Shown: piece after piece, positions 1 through 8,637 of the stretch
Layout: every line of letters starts with the position of its first letter
Position numbering within the stretch: the first letter of the stretch is position 1
From: Actinomycetales bacterium
Lineage (GTDB): Bacteria > Actinomycetota > Actinomycetes > Actinomycetales > Dermatophilaceae
Assembly: GCA_012729695.1 (NCBI GenBank)
Contig: JAAYCP010000014.1
Location: 4,385 to 68,384, forward strand
Direction: 5' to 3'
DNA length: 64,000 nt
The notes under the pieces: generated by a model
Database searches by the model: none
The model's input: only the letters and a program-made list of their open reading frames with translations
What the model was told of the DNA's origin: nothing
Made by a program: the position numbers and the translations under genes

Positions 1-516
1 ACACCGCCGCGCGGGACGGTCGTCAAGGTGCTCGACGCCGACGGCCGGCCGGTGCGCGACGGTGCGGTCGGGCGCATCTTCGTGGGCCACAACCTGGTCT
101 TCGACGGCTATACCTCGGGGCACTCGAAGGAGTTCGTCGACGGGCTGATCTCCACCGGCGACCTCGGCCGGTTCAGGGATGGGCTGCTCTTCGTCGAGGG
201 CCGCGAGGACGACATGATCGTCAGCGGTGGGGAGAACGTCTACCCCGATGAGGTGACCGTCGTCCTCGACCGGATGGCGGGCGTGCGCGAGTCCGCGGCA
301 ACGGGTGTGCCGGACCAGCGGTTCGGCCAGCGCCTGGCGGTCTTCGTCGTCCCCGAGGACGGGGTCACCCTGACTGCCGAGGACGTGCTCGCCTACTGCA
401 AGGCCAACGTCGCCCGGCACGCCGTGCCCCGGGACGTCCACTTCCTCGAGGAGCTTCCGCGGAATGCGACCGGGAAGATCCTCGCCGGCGAGCTGCGGAA
501 GATCACCGGCGGCTGA
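1..516 (+). CDS. AMP-dependent acyl-CoA synthetase/ligase, C-terminal part (5' end outside window)
   Basis: Frame is open from nt 1 to the TGA at 514-516. Translation has C-terminal hallmarks of adenylate-forming enzymes (SGGENVYPDEV ... LPRNATGKILAGELR). Confidence 0.85.
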   Translation, partial: TPPRGTVVKVLDADGRPVRDGAVGRIFVGHNLVFDGYTSGHSKEFVDGLISTGDLGRFRDGLLFVEGREDDMIVSGGENVYPDEVTVVLDRMAGVRESAATGVPDQRFGQRLAVFVVPEDGVTLTAEDVLAYCKANVARHAVPRDVHFLEELPRNATGKILAGELRKITGG

Positions 517-603
517 GCCGGACCGCGTCCGACCTTCCACGATCGTCGCCGGTCTCCGGCCGCGAGGCTGGGACACTCGCTGTCATGTCGGCTACAAACT
601 TGA

Positions 604-622
604 CCCTCACGCGACGTGAGGG
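604..622. promoter_or_regulatory. Candidate MerR/TipA-type operator: CCCTCACG-N3-CGTGAGGG overlapping a TTGACC -35-like hexamer (600-605)
   Basis: Perfect 8-bp arms read from the sequence, 16 nt upstream of the MerR-family start codon. MerR regulators usually bind a dyad inside their own promoter. Confidence 0.4.
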
Positions 623-637
623 CCCAGGCTGGCAGGT

Positions 638-1408
638 GTGATGACGACCGAGGCACTCACCGTCGGGCAGGTGGCCAAGCAGTATGGGGTCACCGTCCGC
701 ACGCTGCACCACTACGACGAGATCGGGCTGGTGCGTCCGAGCGAGCGCACCCCCGCCGGCTACCGGGTCTACACCCAGCAGGATCTGGAGCGCCTCGCGC
801 TGGTCGTGCTGTACCGGCGACTCGGCTTCGCCCTGGACCGGATCGCCACCCTGCTCGACGGCTCCGAACCTCTGGTCGACCATCTCCGCCGCCAACGGGC
901 GGCGGTCCAGGCACGCATCGAGGAGATGCGGCAGGTCGTCGACGCGATCGACACGATGATGGAGGCAGAGATGAGTGAGCGACCCGCCACCGACGCCGAG
1001 CTGAAGGTGATCTTCGGGGACGGCTACAGCGAGGAGCGCCAGCAGGAGGCCGAGGAGCGCTGGGGCGAGAGCGGGGCGTGGGCGCAGTCCGCAGCCCGGA
1101 CCAAGCGATACACGACGGCCGACTGGACGCAGATCAAGGCCGAGATGGAGTCGTCCACCCTGGCCTTCGTCGCCGCGATGGATGCCGGCGAGCCGCCGAC
1201 GAGCGAGGCAGCGATGGAGGCCGCCGAGGCCGCACGCCGGCATATCGACTCGCGGTTCTACGACTGCAGCCACGAGTTCCACCGCATGCTCGGCGACATG
1301 TATGTCGCGGACCCACGGTTCACGGCGACGTACGAGGCGATCCGGACCGGGTTGGCTCAGTACGTCCGCGACGCGATCCACGCCAACGCCGACCGCCACG
1401 CGCAGTAG
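638..1408 (+). CDS. MerR-family transcriptional regulator, TipAL-like (HTH plus TipAS-type C-terminal domain)
   Basis: N-terminus LTVGQVAKQYGVTVRTLHHYDEIGLVRPSERTPAGYRVY is a canonical MerR HTH. The 256-aa length and acidic C-terminal domain fit TipA-like proteins. GTG at 638 or ATG at 641. Confidence 0.9.
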   Translation: MMTTEALTVGQVAKQYGVTVRTLHHYDEIGLVRPSERTPAGYRVYTQQDLERLALVVLYRRLGFALDRIATLLDGSEPLVDHLRRQRAAVQARIEEMRQVVDAIDTMMEAEMSERPATDAELKVIFGDGYSEERQQEAEERWGESGAWAQSAARTKRYTTADWTQIKAEMESSTLAFVAAMDAGEPPTSEAAMEAAEAARRHIDSRFYDCSHEFHRMLGDMYVADPRFTATYEAIRTGLAQYVRDAIHANADRHAQ

Positions 1409-1460
1409 CCCACCGGAGACAGGGCGACACGAACGCTCCGGACGGGCGCAAGGGCACGAG

Positions 1461-1494
1461 GGGCCGACAGGGGCCGCTACGCCCCTGTCGGCCC
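1461..1494 (+). terminator. Stem-loop GGGCCGACAGGGGC-cgctac-GCCCCTGTCGGCCC downstream of the MerR gene
   Basis: Perfect 14-bp GC-rich stem with a 6-nt loop, read directly. No U-tract, as is common for actinobacterial terminators. Confidence 0.6.
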
Positions 1495-1515
1495 GGTCGC
1501 CTAGGCTCATCGCTT

Positions 1516-2148
1516 GTGAGTGAGCACCGTGGCGTCTTCATCGCCTTCGAGGGCGGCGACGGGGCCGGTAAGTCGACCCAGGTGCGGCTCCTCGCCGAGC
1601 GGCTGCGTGCTCGCGGGCACACCCTCGTGCTGACCCGCCAGCCCGGCGGGACCGCGCTCGGACAGGCGCTGCGGGGACTCGTCCTGCACGGTGAGCCGAT
1701 GACTCCTCGCGCCGAGGCACTCCTGTTCGCGGCGGACAAGGCGCAGCACGTCGAGGAGCTCATCCGCCCGGCGCTCGGCGATGGGAAGGTCGTCATCACC
1801 GACCGCTACACCGACTCCTCCGTCGCCTACCAGGGAGCCGGGCGCGACCTCGGGGCGGACGAGGTGCACTCCCTCCAGATGTGGGCGGTGGGCGGACTCG
1901 TCCCCGACCTCACCGTCATCGTCGACATCACGGCCGAGGAGGGTCGACGTCGTCGCGGCGAGGTGCACGACCGGCTGGAGTCCGAGGAGGACTCGTTCCA
2001 CGAGGCGGTGCGAGAGCACTTCCACGCCCTGGCTGCAGCAGCCCCGGACCGCTACCTCGTCGTCGATGGCTCGGCCGATCCGGAGCGACTCGCGGACGAG
2101 GTCTGGCAGCGGGTGGAGCCGCTGCTCGAGGAGGGTGGTGCCGCGTGA
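1516..2148 (+). CDS. tmk: Thymidylate kinase
   Basis: GTG at 1516 followed by VFIAFEGGDGAGKSTQVRLL (P-loop) and DRYTDSSVAYQG. The listed ORF from 1078 is an upstream in-frame extension without homology signal. Confidence 0.92.
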   Translation: MSEHRGVFIAFEGGDGAGKSTQVRLLAERLRARGHTLVLTRQPGGTALGQALRGLVLHGEPMTPRAEALLFAADKAQHVEELIRPALGDGKVVITDRYTDSSVAYQGAGRDLGADEVHSLQMWAVGGLVPDLTVIVDITAEEGRRRRGEVHDRLESEEDSFHEAVREHFHALAAAAPDRYLVVDGSADPERLADEVWQRVEPLLEEGGAA

Positions 2149-3284
2149 GTGTCTGGACGGATGTCGTCGGACAGGCGCCGGCGGTCGAGGTGCTCGAGCG
2201 TGCGGTGCGCGACCCCGAGGCGATGACCCACGCCTGGCTCTTCACCGGACCTCCGGGTTCCGGCCGCTCTGTCGCCGCACGGGCCTTCGCCGCAGCCCTG
2301 CAGTGTCCCGAGGGCGGCTGCGGGACCTGTCGGGAGTGCCGGACCTCCGTGGACGGCACCCATGCCGACGTCACCGTGGTGGCCACCGAGGGCCTCTCGA
2401 TCAAGGTGGAGGACGCCCGGGCGCTGGTCCAGGAGGCGGCGCACCGTCCCTCTCTCGGCCGGTGGCGGGTCATCATCGTCGAGGACGCCGACCGGCTCAC
2501 CGAGCGGGCCGCGGACGCGCTGCTCAAGGCGCTCGAGGAGCCCGCTCCGCGGACCGTGTGGATCCTCTGCGCGCCCTCCTCGGAGGACGTCATCGTCACG
2601 ATCCGCTCGCGGACCCGGGCCGTGCGGTTGCGCACGCCGAGGCCGCAGGACGTGGCCGAGCTGCTCCACCGGCGCGACGGCGTCGAGATGTCGATGGCCC
2701 TGCACGCAGCCCGCGCGGCGCAGTCCCACATCGGGCTGGCCCGACGGCTGTCCCGGGACGACGGAGCCCGGACGCGGCGGCACGACATCCTGACCCTCGC
2801 GACGAGGATGCGCACGGTCGGCGACGCGGTGAACGCTGCCGCCGTGATCGCGTCCATCGCGGACGAGGACGGCGCCGCGGACTCGGCCGAGCGCGACGCG
2901 GCCGAACGGACGCGGCTGCTCGAGACCCTGGGTGCCGATCCCGGTGCCCGGACCCAGCCGCCGCACATCCGCTCGCAGATCACCCAGCTGGAGAAGGAGC
3001 AGAAGGCCAGGGCGACCCGCTTCGCGCGGGACACGGTGGACCGCGCCCTCATCGACCTGCTCTCGCTCTACCGTGATGCACTGGTACGCAGCGCCGGCGC
3101 ACCGGTCGATCTCGTCAACGCCGACCACGCCGGGCTCGTCGAGCAGATCCGCTCCTCCATGTCTCCGGAGCAGATCCTCGGGGCCATGGACGCCATCGGC
3201 ACGGCTCGTGAGCGGATCTCCGCCAACGTGCCCCCGCTGCTGGCCCTGGAGGCAATGGCCATCAGCCTGCGTCTGCCGACGTGA
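2145..3284 (+). CDS. holB: DNA polymerase III subunit delta prime
   Basis: GTG at 2145 overlaps the tmk stop (GTGA). Carries HAWLFTGPPGSGRS, the zinc module CPEGGCGTCRECR and the IIVEDADRLTERAADALLKALEEP box. Confidence 0.92.
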   Translation: MSVWTDVVGQAPAVEVLERAVRDPEAMTHAWLFTGPPGSGRSVAARAFAAALQCPEGGCGTCRECRTSVDGTHADVTVVATEGLSIKVEDARALVQEAAHRPSLGRWRVIIVEDADRLTERAADALLKALEEPAPRTVWILCAPSSEDVIVTIRSRTRAVRLRTPRPQDVAELLHRRDGVEMSMALHAARAAQSHIGLARRLSRDDGARTRRHDILTLATRMRTVGDAVNAAAVIASIADEDGAADSAERDAAERTRLLETLGADPGARTQPPHIRSQITQLEKEQKARATRFARDTVDRALIDLLSLYRDALVRSAGAPVDLVNADHAGLVEQIRSSMSPEQILGAMDAIGTARERISANVPPLLALEAMAISLRLPT

Positions 3285-3290
3285 GCTAGC

Positions 3291-4853
3291 GTGTCGGGCA
3301 TGCGTGCGCATACCTCGTCGAGGGTCGGGGGGACGAGGGCCACTGCTCTGGTTTCTGCGGCCGTGCTCGTGGCGACCCTCCTGACCGGATGCAGCGTGAT
3401 CGCCGACCGGCTGCCCGGCGGCTCGACACCGACCCTGACACCGCTCGAGGTGCCGTCCGAGCAGCGCGATCTCGCGCGCTTCTACGAGCAGCGTCTCGAC
3501 TGGGTGGACTGCGGCCGGGGTGAGTGCGCCGAGCTGACCGTCCCGGTCGACTACGCCGATCCTGATGGGGAGACCATCGAGATCAGCGTGCTGAGGGTGC
3601 CGAGCAGCAGCCGGCGTGAGCGCATCGGCTCCATCGTCGTCAATCCGGGAGGGCCAGGGGGCTCGGGGGTCGACTACGCCAGTGCGGCCGACCTCATCGT
3701 CGGGGCGGACGTGCGCCGCCGCTTCGACATCGTCGGCTTCGATCCGCGCGGAGTCGCGCGCTCAGCGCCCATCGACTGCCTCGACGACGCCACGATGGAC
3801 GAGTACCTCTCCCTGGCGGTGACGCCGGACGAGAGCGAGGACGAGGCCGCCGCCGGCTTCGACGAGGAGTTCGTCCAGGGGTGCTCGACGAACGTCGGCG
3901 ATCTCCTCGGGCACGTCTCCACCCTGGATGCCGCCAGGGACATGGATGTCCTGCGCGCGGCGCTGGGGGAGGAGCGGCTCAACTACCTCGGCAAGTCCTA
4001 CGGCACGTACCTGGGTGCGGTCTATGCCGAGCAGTTCCCGGAGCGGGTGGGCCGTTTCGTCCTCGACGGCGCCCTGCCTCCCGACCTCGGCATGGACGAG
4101 CTCACGATCGGCCAGGCGGTCGGCTTCGAGCGCTCGAGCAGAGCGTGGGCCGCGGACTGCGTCGAGCAGGGCTGTCCGCTCGGGGACGACCCCGACGAGG
4201 TGGTGCAGGGGCTGTCCGACCTTCTCGAACGGCTGAGTGTCGATCCGGTCCCGGTCAGCGGTGACTCCCGGGTCGACGAGCTCACCTCCGGGTGGGCGTT
4301 CTACGGGATCATCCGACCGATGTACGACGAGGGCATGTGGACCTTCCTCACCGAGGCACTGCGCGACGTCGTCGAGCGCGAGGACGGGACGGCTCTGATG
4401 TCGCTCGCGAACGCCTACCTCGAGCGCAGTCCCAGTGGGGTCTATCTGGGGAACCTCATCGAGTCCAATATGGTCATCAACTGTCTGGACCGCGGCGGGA
4501 TCCCGGACGTGGAGGAGGCCCGGGCGAGGGCCGCGGAGGAGGCGCCGATCTGGGGGCCGCTGCTCACGGCTGAGTCCTCGCCCTGCCAGGTCTGGCCGAC
4601 CGGGCCGGTCGGTGGGGTGCGGACCATCTCCGCCTCCGGGGCCGCCCCGATCGTCGTCATCGGTACCACGCGCGACCCGGCGACCCCGTACGAGTGGGCG
4701 AAGCGGCTGGCCGACCAGCTCGAGAGCGGCGTCCTCGTCAGCTACGACGGTGACGGGCACACCGCATACATGCGGGGCAACGACTGCGTGGACCGGGCGA
4801 TCGACGCGTTCTATGTCGACGGCGTGGTGCCGGAGGACGGTCTGCAGTGCTGA
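3291..4853 (+). CDS. Secreted alpha/beta hydrolase, tripeptidyl-aminopeptidase (TAP/S33) type lipoprotein
   Basis: Lipobox LLTGCS after a signal peptide. NPGGPGGSG oxyanion region, GKSYGT nucleophile elbow, and a C-terminal TAP-like segment GTTRDPATPYEWA ... GDGHTAY. Confidence 0.85.
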   Translation: MSGMRAHTSSRVGGTRATALVSAAVLVATLLTGCSVIADRLPGGSTPTLTPLEVPSEQRDLARFYEQRLDWVDCGRGECAELTVPVDYADPDGETIEISVLRVPSSSRRERIGSIVVNPGGPGGSGVDYASAADLIVGADVRRRFDIVGFDPRGVARSAPIDCLDDATMDEYLSLAVTPDESEDEAAAGFDEEFVQGCSTNVGDLLGHVSTLDAARDMDVLRAALGEERLNYLGKSYGTYLGAVYAEQFPERVGRFVLDGALPPDLGMDELTIGQAVGFERSSRAWAADCVEQGCPLGDDPDEVVQGLSDLLERLSVDPVPVSGDSRVDELTSGWAFYGIIRPMYDEGMWTFLTEALRDVVEREDGTALMSLANAYLERSPSGVYLGNLIESNMVINCLDRGGIPDVEEARARAAEEAPIWGPLLTAESSPCQVWPTGPVGGVRTISASGAAPIVVIGTTRDPATPYEWAKRLADQLESGVLVSYDGDGHTAYMRGNDCVDRAIDAFYVDGVVPEDGLQC

Positions 4854-4986
4854 GCGGGGGGCTCGGTCGTTCGCCGCTCGCCTGACTGCAACCCGTCGCC
4901 CCCGGGGCATCGCCGGACGGGATTTCGCGCACCGACGACGGATTTCGTATAGTGGTCCGGCACGCCGCTTCGACAGCAGCGGGCAC

Positions 4987-5063
4987 GCCGCCTTAGCTCA
5001 GTCGGCCAGAGCGATTCACTCGTAATGAATAGGTCAAGGGTTCGATTCCCTTAGGCGGCTCCA
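4987..5063 (+). tRNA. tRNA-Thr (anticodon CGT), CCA encoded
   Basis: Cloverleaf folded by hand: acceptor GCCGCCT/AGGCGGC, D stem GCTC/GAGC, anticodon stem ATTCA/TGAAT with loop CTCGTAA, T arm AAGGG-TTCGATT-CCCTT, discriminator T plus CCA. Confidence 0.95.
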
Positions 5064-5065
5064 TC

Positions 5066-5099
5066 ACGCGCCCTCGACGATCAGTCGTCGAGGGCGCGT
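5066..5099. terminator. Bidirectional hairpin ACGCGCCCTCGACGA-tcag-TCGTCGAGGGCGCGT between tRNA-Thr and the convergent TauE gene
   Basis: Perfect 15-bp stem and 4-nt loop, 3 nt after the tRNA CCA end and 65 nt after the minus-strand TauE stop. Confidence 0.7.
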
Positions 5100-5163
5100 C
5101 CTTGTCGGAGCAGAGCAAGCGCGGGGGCCGCGACGTCAGCGGACGTGCACGCGAGCGCAGACG

Positions 5164-5991
5164 CTACAGGGCGGTGACGCCGGTGTGGATGCCCATCCCG
5201 AGGCCCACCACGATCATCCCGATGGCGAAGGTACGGGTCAGCACGCGTTGGGGCAGCCGCGCCGAGAGCTGGCCGGCGACGAGACTCGCGAGGACGGCCA
5301 CGAGGGTGAAGCCGGCGATGAGGGGCCAGTCGAGCTCCAGGCTGGTCGTGAGCCGGGTGGACAGCGCTGTGGCGCTGTTGAGGACGATGACGAGCAGCGA
5401 GGTGCCGACGGCGACCGGCATCGAGAACCCGAGGACCAGGACGAGTGCCGGTACGAGCGCGAATCCGCCTCCGACGCCGAAGAATCCGGTGAGGAACCCC
5501 ACTGCTGTTGCGGCGGCGACGAGCTTGAGAAGGCGGGGCCACCGGACCCGCAGCGGGCGCACGGAGACCATCGGCACGGACGCTGGCATGACTCGAGCCG
5601 CGTCATCGCCCTCGGAGTCGGTCACCGCATCCTCCCGCCCGTCGTGGCGGAGCATGATGACCGCCACCATGAGCATGAGGAGAGCGAATCCGCCGAGGAG
5701 CAGCGGTTCGGGTATGCGGGCGGCGGCTCTCCCGCCGAGCAGGGAGCCGGCGATGCCGACCACTCCGAACACGACTCCCTGGGTGACGCGCACGTGGCCC
5801 CGACGGGCGTGCGGGATCAGGGCGAACAGCGACGTGGTCCCGACGATGATGAGCGAGGCGCTGGTCGCCGGGTAGGCATCCAGGCCCACGAGGTAGACCA
5901 GCACCGGGACGGTGAGGATGGAGCCGCCGCCGCCGAGCGCGCCGAGGGCGAGCCCGATGACCACGCCAGCGAGGATGGCGAGCAGGATCAT
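5164..5991 (-). CDS. Sulfite exporter TauE/SafE family membrane protein
   Basis: MILLAILAGVVIGLALGALGGGGSILTVPVLVY N-terminus. Polytopic, with the Gly-rich repeat (GFFGVGGGFALVPALV) typical of TauE/SafE. Confidence 0.88.
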   Translation of the reverse strand: MILLAILAGVVIGLALGALGGGGSILTVPVLVYLVGLDAYPATSASLIIVGTTSLFALIPHARRGHVRVTQGVVFGVVGIAGSLLGGRAAARIPEPLLLGGFALLMLMVAVIMLRHDGREDAVTDSEGDDAARVMPASVPMVSVRPLRVRWPRLLKLVAAATAVGFLTGFFGVGGGFALVPALVLVLGFSMPVAVGTSLLVIVLNSATALSTRLTTSLELDWPLIAGFTLVAVLASLVAGQLSARLPQRVLTRTFAIGMIVVGLGMGIHTGVTAL

Positions 5992-6033
5992 CGGGACTCG
6001 TCCCTCGTGTCGTTCACGGCGCGGCGGTGCGGG

Positions 6034-6213
6034 TCAGCGCCGACCGAGCATGCGGTCGAGGAACGATGGCTTGCCGGTGGCTGCGGTCTCCGCCTTGCTG
6101 TGTCCTGGACACCGGTCGGTGCGGGGGACGCCCGCCATGACCTGGTCGACGTGCTGGCCGCAGCCGGCCCAGGTGGTCTTGCCGCAGACACGACAGCTGA
6201 TGGCACGGCACAT
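6034..6213 (-). CDS. 59-aa cysteine-rich protein of unknown function (MCRAISCRVCGKTTWAGCGQHVDQVMAGVPRTDRCPGH...)
   Basis: ATG at 6213 is preceded by AAGGAGA 7 nt upstream. It sits between the MBL-rhodanese and TauE genes on the same strand. Five Cys and two His lie in the first 38 residues. The track ORF (6034-6342) is an upstream extension. Confidence 0.6.
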   Translation of the reverse strand: MCRAISCRVCGKTTWAGCGQHVDQVMAGVPRTDRCPGHSKAETAATGKPSFLDRMLGRR

Positions 6214-6317
6214 GGTTGATCTCCTTGGGTAGGTGGTCTTGGGGACGTATTGGGGTGGGGTGGGAGTGACGTGGGGAGGGGTGCTGGTGGGTCGATGAGG
6301 CGCGGGCCCAGCGGAAT

Positions 6318-6377
6318 GTGGACTCAGGCGGCGTGGACTCAAGCAGCGTGAGCTCAGGTAGTGCGGACTCAGGCGGC
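6318..6377. repeat. 15-bp tandem repeat x4 (GTGGACTCAGGCGGC / GTGGACTCAAGCAGC / GTGAGCTCAGGTAGT / GCGGACTCAGGCGGC)
   Basis: Read directly. The fourth unit contains the stop codon of the MBL-rhodanese gene. On the minus strand every unit carries TGA in the same frame. Confidence 0.9.
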
Positions 6378-7787
6378 GCTGACCAGCGGCAGCCCGGCGC
6401 CCTCCGCCTTGGCGCCGAAGTCGTCGTCGACGAGGACGACGGGAATCCCGCGACCCGCCAGCACAGAGGCCGCGATGGAGGCGCGGTAGCCGGACGCACA
6501 GTGCACCCAGACCTCGCCCTCAGGGAGCTCGTCGAGGCGCCCTAGCAGGGAGTGAAGCGGGATGCCGACCGAGCCCTCGATGTGCTGCTCGGCGAACTCC
6601 TGCTCCCGCCGGACGTCGAGGACCGTGACGGGCCGGTGGTGGCGTACCTCGGCAAGCTCCCCGAAGGTGGCCCGCGGGAAGGTGCCGAGCGGACCGGTGG
6701 TCCAGTCCTCAGGGGAGCCGGTGGCTGCGCCCACGAGCTGGTCCACACCGATGCGGACGAGCTCCCGCTGGGCCTCTGCGACGTCTTCCGCGGTCTCGCC
6801 GAGGAGGGTCACCGGGGTTCCCCAGGGGATGAGCCAGCCCAGGTAGGTGGCGAACTGGCCGTCGAGGCCGATGTTGAGCGTGCCGATGACGTGACCCGAC
6901 GCATACGCCGTGCGGGTGCGCAGATCGACGACCCACTCGCCGTCGCGGATGTGTCGGGCGATCGTGTCCTTGTCGGCCGGCTCCGGAAAGCTGAGGTCGG
7001 GGGCCTGCGGACCCCGGCTGTTCCCCGGCCCCATGTGGGCGTAGTACGCGGGGAAGGCGTCGAGGCTCGCGAGGGTCTGCGCGACCCACTCCTCGGCCTC
7101 GGTCGTGAGCGCCGGGTTGGTCCGCTTCTCCGCGCCGATCGTCGAGGAGCTCACCTCAGTGACGGAGCCCGGTGAGCAGAAGGATCCGAAGCCGTGCGTG
7201 GGCATGACGGCCGTGGCGTCCGGCAGGAGCTCTGCGAGGCGGTGGGCGGAGGCGTGCTGGTGGTGCACGAGAGCGTCGGTGTGGTCGGGGCCGAGCAGGT
7301 CGGGCCGGCCGGTCGTGCCGAAGAGGAGTGATCCGCCGGTGAAGACGGCGACCGCCTCCGGATCGGCGCTGCCCGAGGGGTCTGTGCCGGGCGTGCTCAG
7401 CGCGTAGGAGAGGTGGGTGTAGGTGTGCCCAGGTGTGGCGATGGCCTGCACGTGCATCGTCGGCGACACCTCGACGACCTCGCCGTCCCGGATGGGCGTG
7501 CGCTCGAAGGAGACCGGGTCCTCGGCGTTGACGTAGTAGGAGGCGCCGGTGGCCTGGGCCAGGCTGAGCCCACCGGTGAGGTAGTCGTTGTGGATGTGGG
7601 TCTCGAAGACGTGGGTGATCCGCACGCCGGCGTCCTCGGCGGCAGCGAGGACGCGGTCGATGTCGCGCTGGGGGTCGACGACGAGAGCGACCGTCCCGTC
7701 GTGAGCGAGGTAGGAGCGGTTGCCCAGGGTCGGGGTCTCGATGGTGATGATCGTGGGAGTGGTGATCGTCGGACGCGGGTCGGTCAT
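6369..7787 (-). CDS. MBL-fold persulfide dioxygenase fused to rhodanese domains (CstB-like)
   Basis: N-terminal metallo-beta-lactamase motif THIHNDYLTGG. C-terminal rhodanese active-site loop VHCASGYRAS. 472 aa. Confidence 0.88.
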   Translation of the reverse strand: MTDPRPTITTPTIITIETPTLGNRSYLAHDGTVALVVDPQRDIDRVLAAAEDAGVRITHVFETHIHNDYLTGGLSLAQATGASYYVNAEDPVSFERTPIRDGEVVEVSPTMHVQAIATPGHTYTHLSYALSTPGTDPSGSADPEAVAVFTGGSLLFGTTGRPDLLGPDHTDALVHHQHASAHRLAELLPDATAVMPTHGFGSFCSPGSVTEVSSSTIGAEKRTNPALTTEAEEWVAQTLASLDAFPAYYAHMGPGNSRGPQAPDLSFPEPADKDTIARHIRDGEWVVDLRTRTAYASGHVIGTLNIGLDGQFATYLGWLIPWGTPVTLLGETAEDVAEAQRELVRIGVDQLVGAATGSPEDWTTGPLGTFPRATFGELAEVRHHRPVTVLDVRREQEFAEQHIEGSVGIPLHSLLGRLDELPEGEVWVHCASGYRASIAASVLAGRGIPVVLVDDDFGAKAEGAGLPLVSAA

Positions 7788-7804
7788 GGTGTCCTCTCGG
7801 AGAG

Positions 7805-7820
7805 ATGCCCCAGGGGGTAT
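7805..7820. promoter_or_regulatory. CsoR/CstR-type operator 1: ATGCCCCAGGGGGTAT
   Basis: GC-tract dyad AT-CCCC..GGGG-AT in the divergent intergenic region. It matches the general ATACCCC-N-GGGGTAT architecture of CsoR-family operators. Confidence 0.6.
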
Positions 7821-7835
7821 TCAACTGCAGTGATC

Positions 7836-7853
7836 ATACTGGAGGGGGTATAT
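7836..7853. promoter_or_regulatory. CsoR/CstR-type operator 2 (imperfect): ATACTGGAGGGGGTATAT
   Basis: Second copy of the GGGGGTAT half-site with a degenerate left arm, 15 nt from operator 1. Confidence 0.45.
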
Positions 7854-7922
7854 TCGTCAAACCGGCGTGCTCGGTGGATCCCCTGGTCCCGAGGGGCCAG
7901 GAGCCGAAGCCGCCACCACTGA

Positions 7923-8234
<312 letters not shown>

Positions 8235-8264
8235 AGCCTTGCGGCCAGGATCCGACAGTGATCC

Positions 8265-8306
8265 CCGGACGAGGGGTGCCGTACCCGGACTGCGACAAGA
8301 CGGCCC
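8265..8306 (+). promoter_or_regulatory. Guanidine-III (ykkC-III) riboswitch
   Basis: CCGGACGAGGGGUGCCGUACCCGGACUGCGACAAGACGGCCC matches, almost base for base in the conserved ACGAGG / ACCCGG / GACAAGACGG blocks, the 41-nt Thermobifida fusca guanidine-III RNA as I recall it. Both pseudoknot pairings are preserved (CCGG/CCGG and GCCGU/ACGGC). The SD AGGAG (8307-8311) follows immediately, and the downstream gene is an SMR/Gdx exporter. Confidence 0.85.
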
Positions 8307-8318
8307 AGGAGCACTGTC

Positions 8319-8633
8319 ATGGCATGGATCATTCTCGTCGTCTCCGGCATCCTCGAGGCGGTCTGGGCGACCGCGCTCGGCCGGTCCGACGGACTCTCGC
8401 AGCGCGGGCCGACGGCGGTGTTCGTCGTCGCGCTCCTGCTCAGCATGGCCGGGCTGGCCCAGGCGATGCGCACCATCCCGACCGGCACCGCGTATGCGGT
8501 CTGGGTGGGCATCGGCGCCTCACTCACGGTCGTGTACGCGATGGTCACCGGCACCGAGCCGATCACCCTCTGGCGCTCGATCTTCCTCGCGCTCATCATC
8601 GCCGGGATCATCGGCCTGAAGGCGACCAGCTGA
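8319..8633 (+). CDS. sugE: SMR-family guanidinium exporter (SugE/Gdx)
   Basis: 104 aa, four TM segments. MAWIILVVSGILEAVWATALG contains the essential membrane Glu, and PTGTAYAVWVGIGA is present. Confidence 0.9.
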   Translation: MAWIILVVSGILEAVWATALGRSDGLSQRGPTAVFVVALLLSMAGLAQAMRTIPTGTAYAVWVGIGASLTVVYAMVTGTEPITLWRSIFLALIIAGIIGLKATS

Positions 8634-8637
8634 GGTC

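Noticed and set aside
6318-6377. Possible CRISPR array (also considered for the other short repeat arrays)
   Set aside because: The units are contiguous with no spacers, are only 15-19 bp long with 2-4 copies, and no cas genes are in the window.
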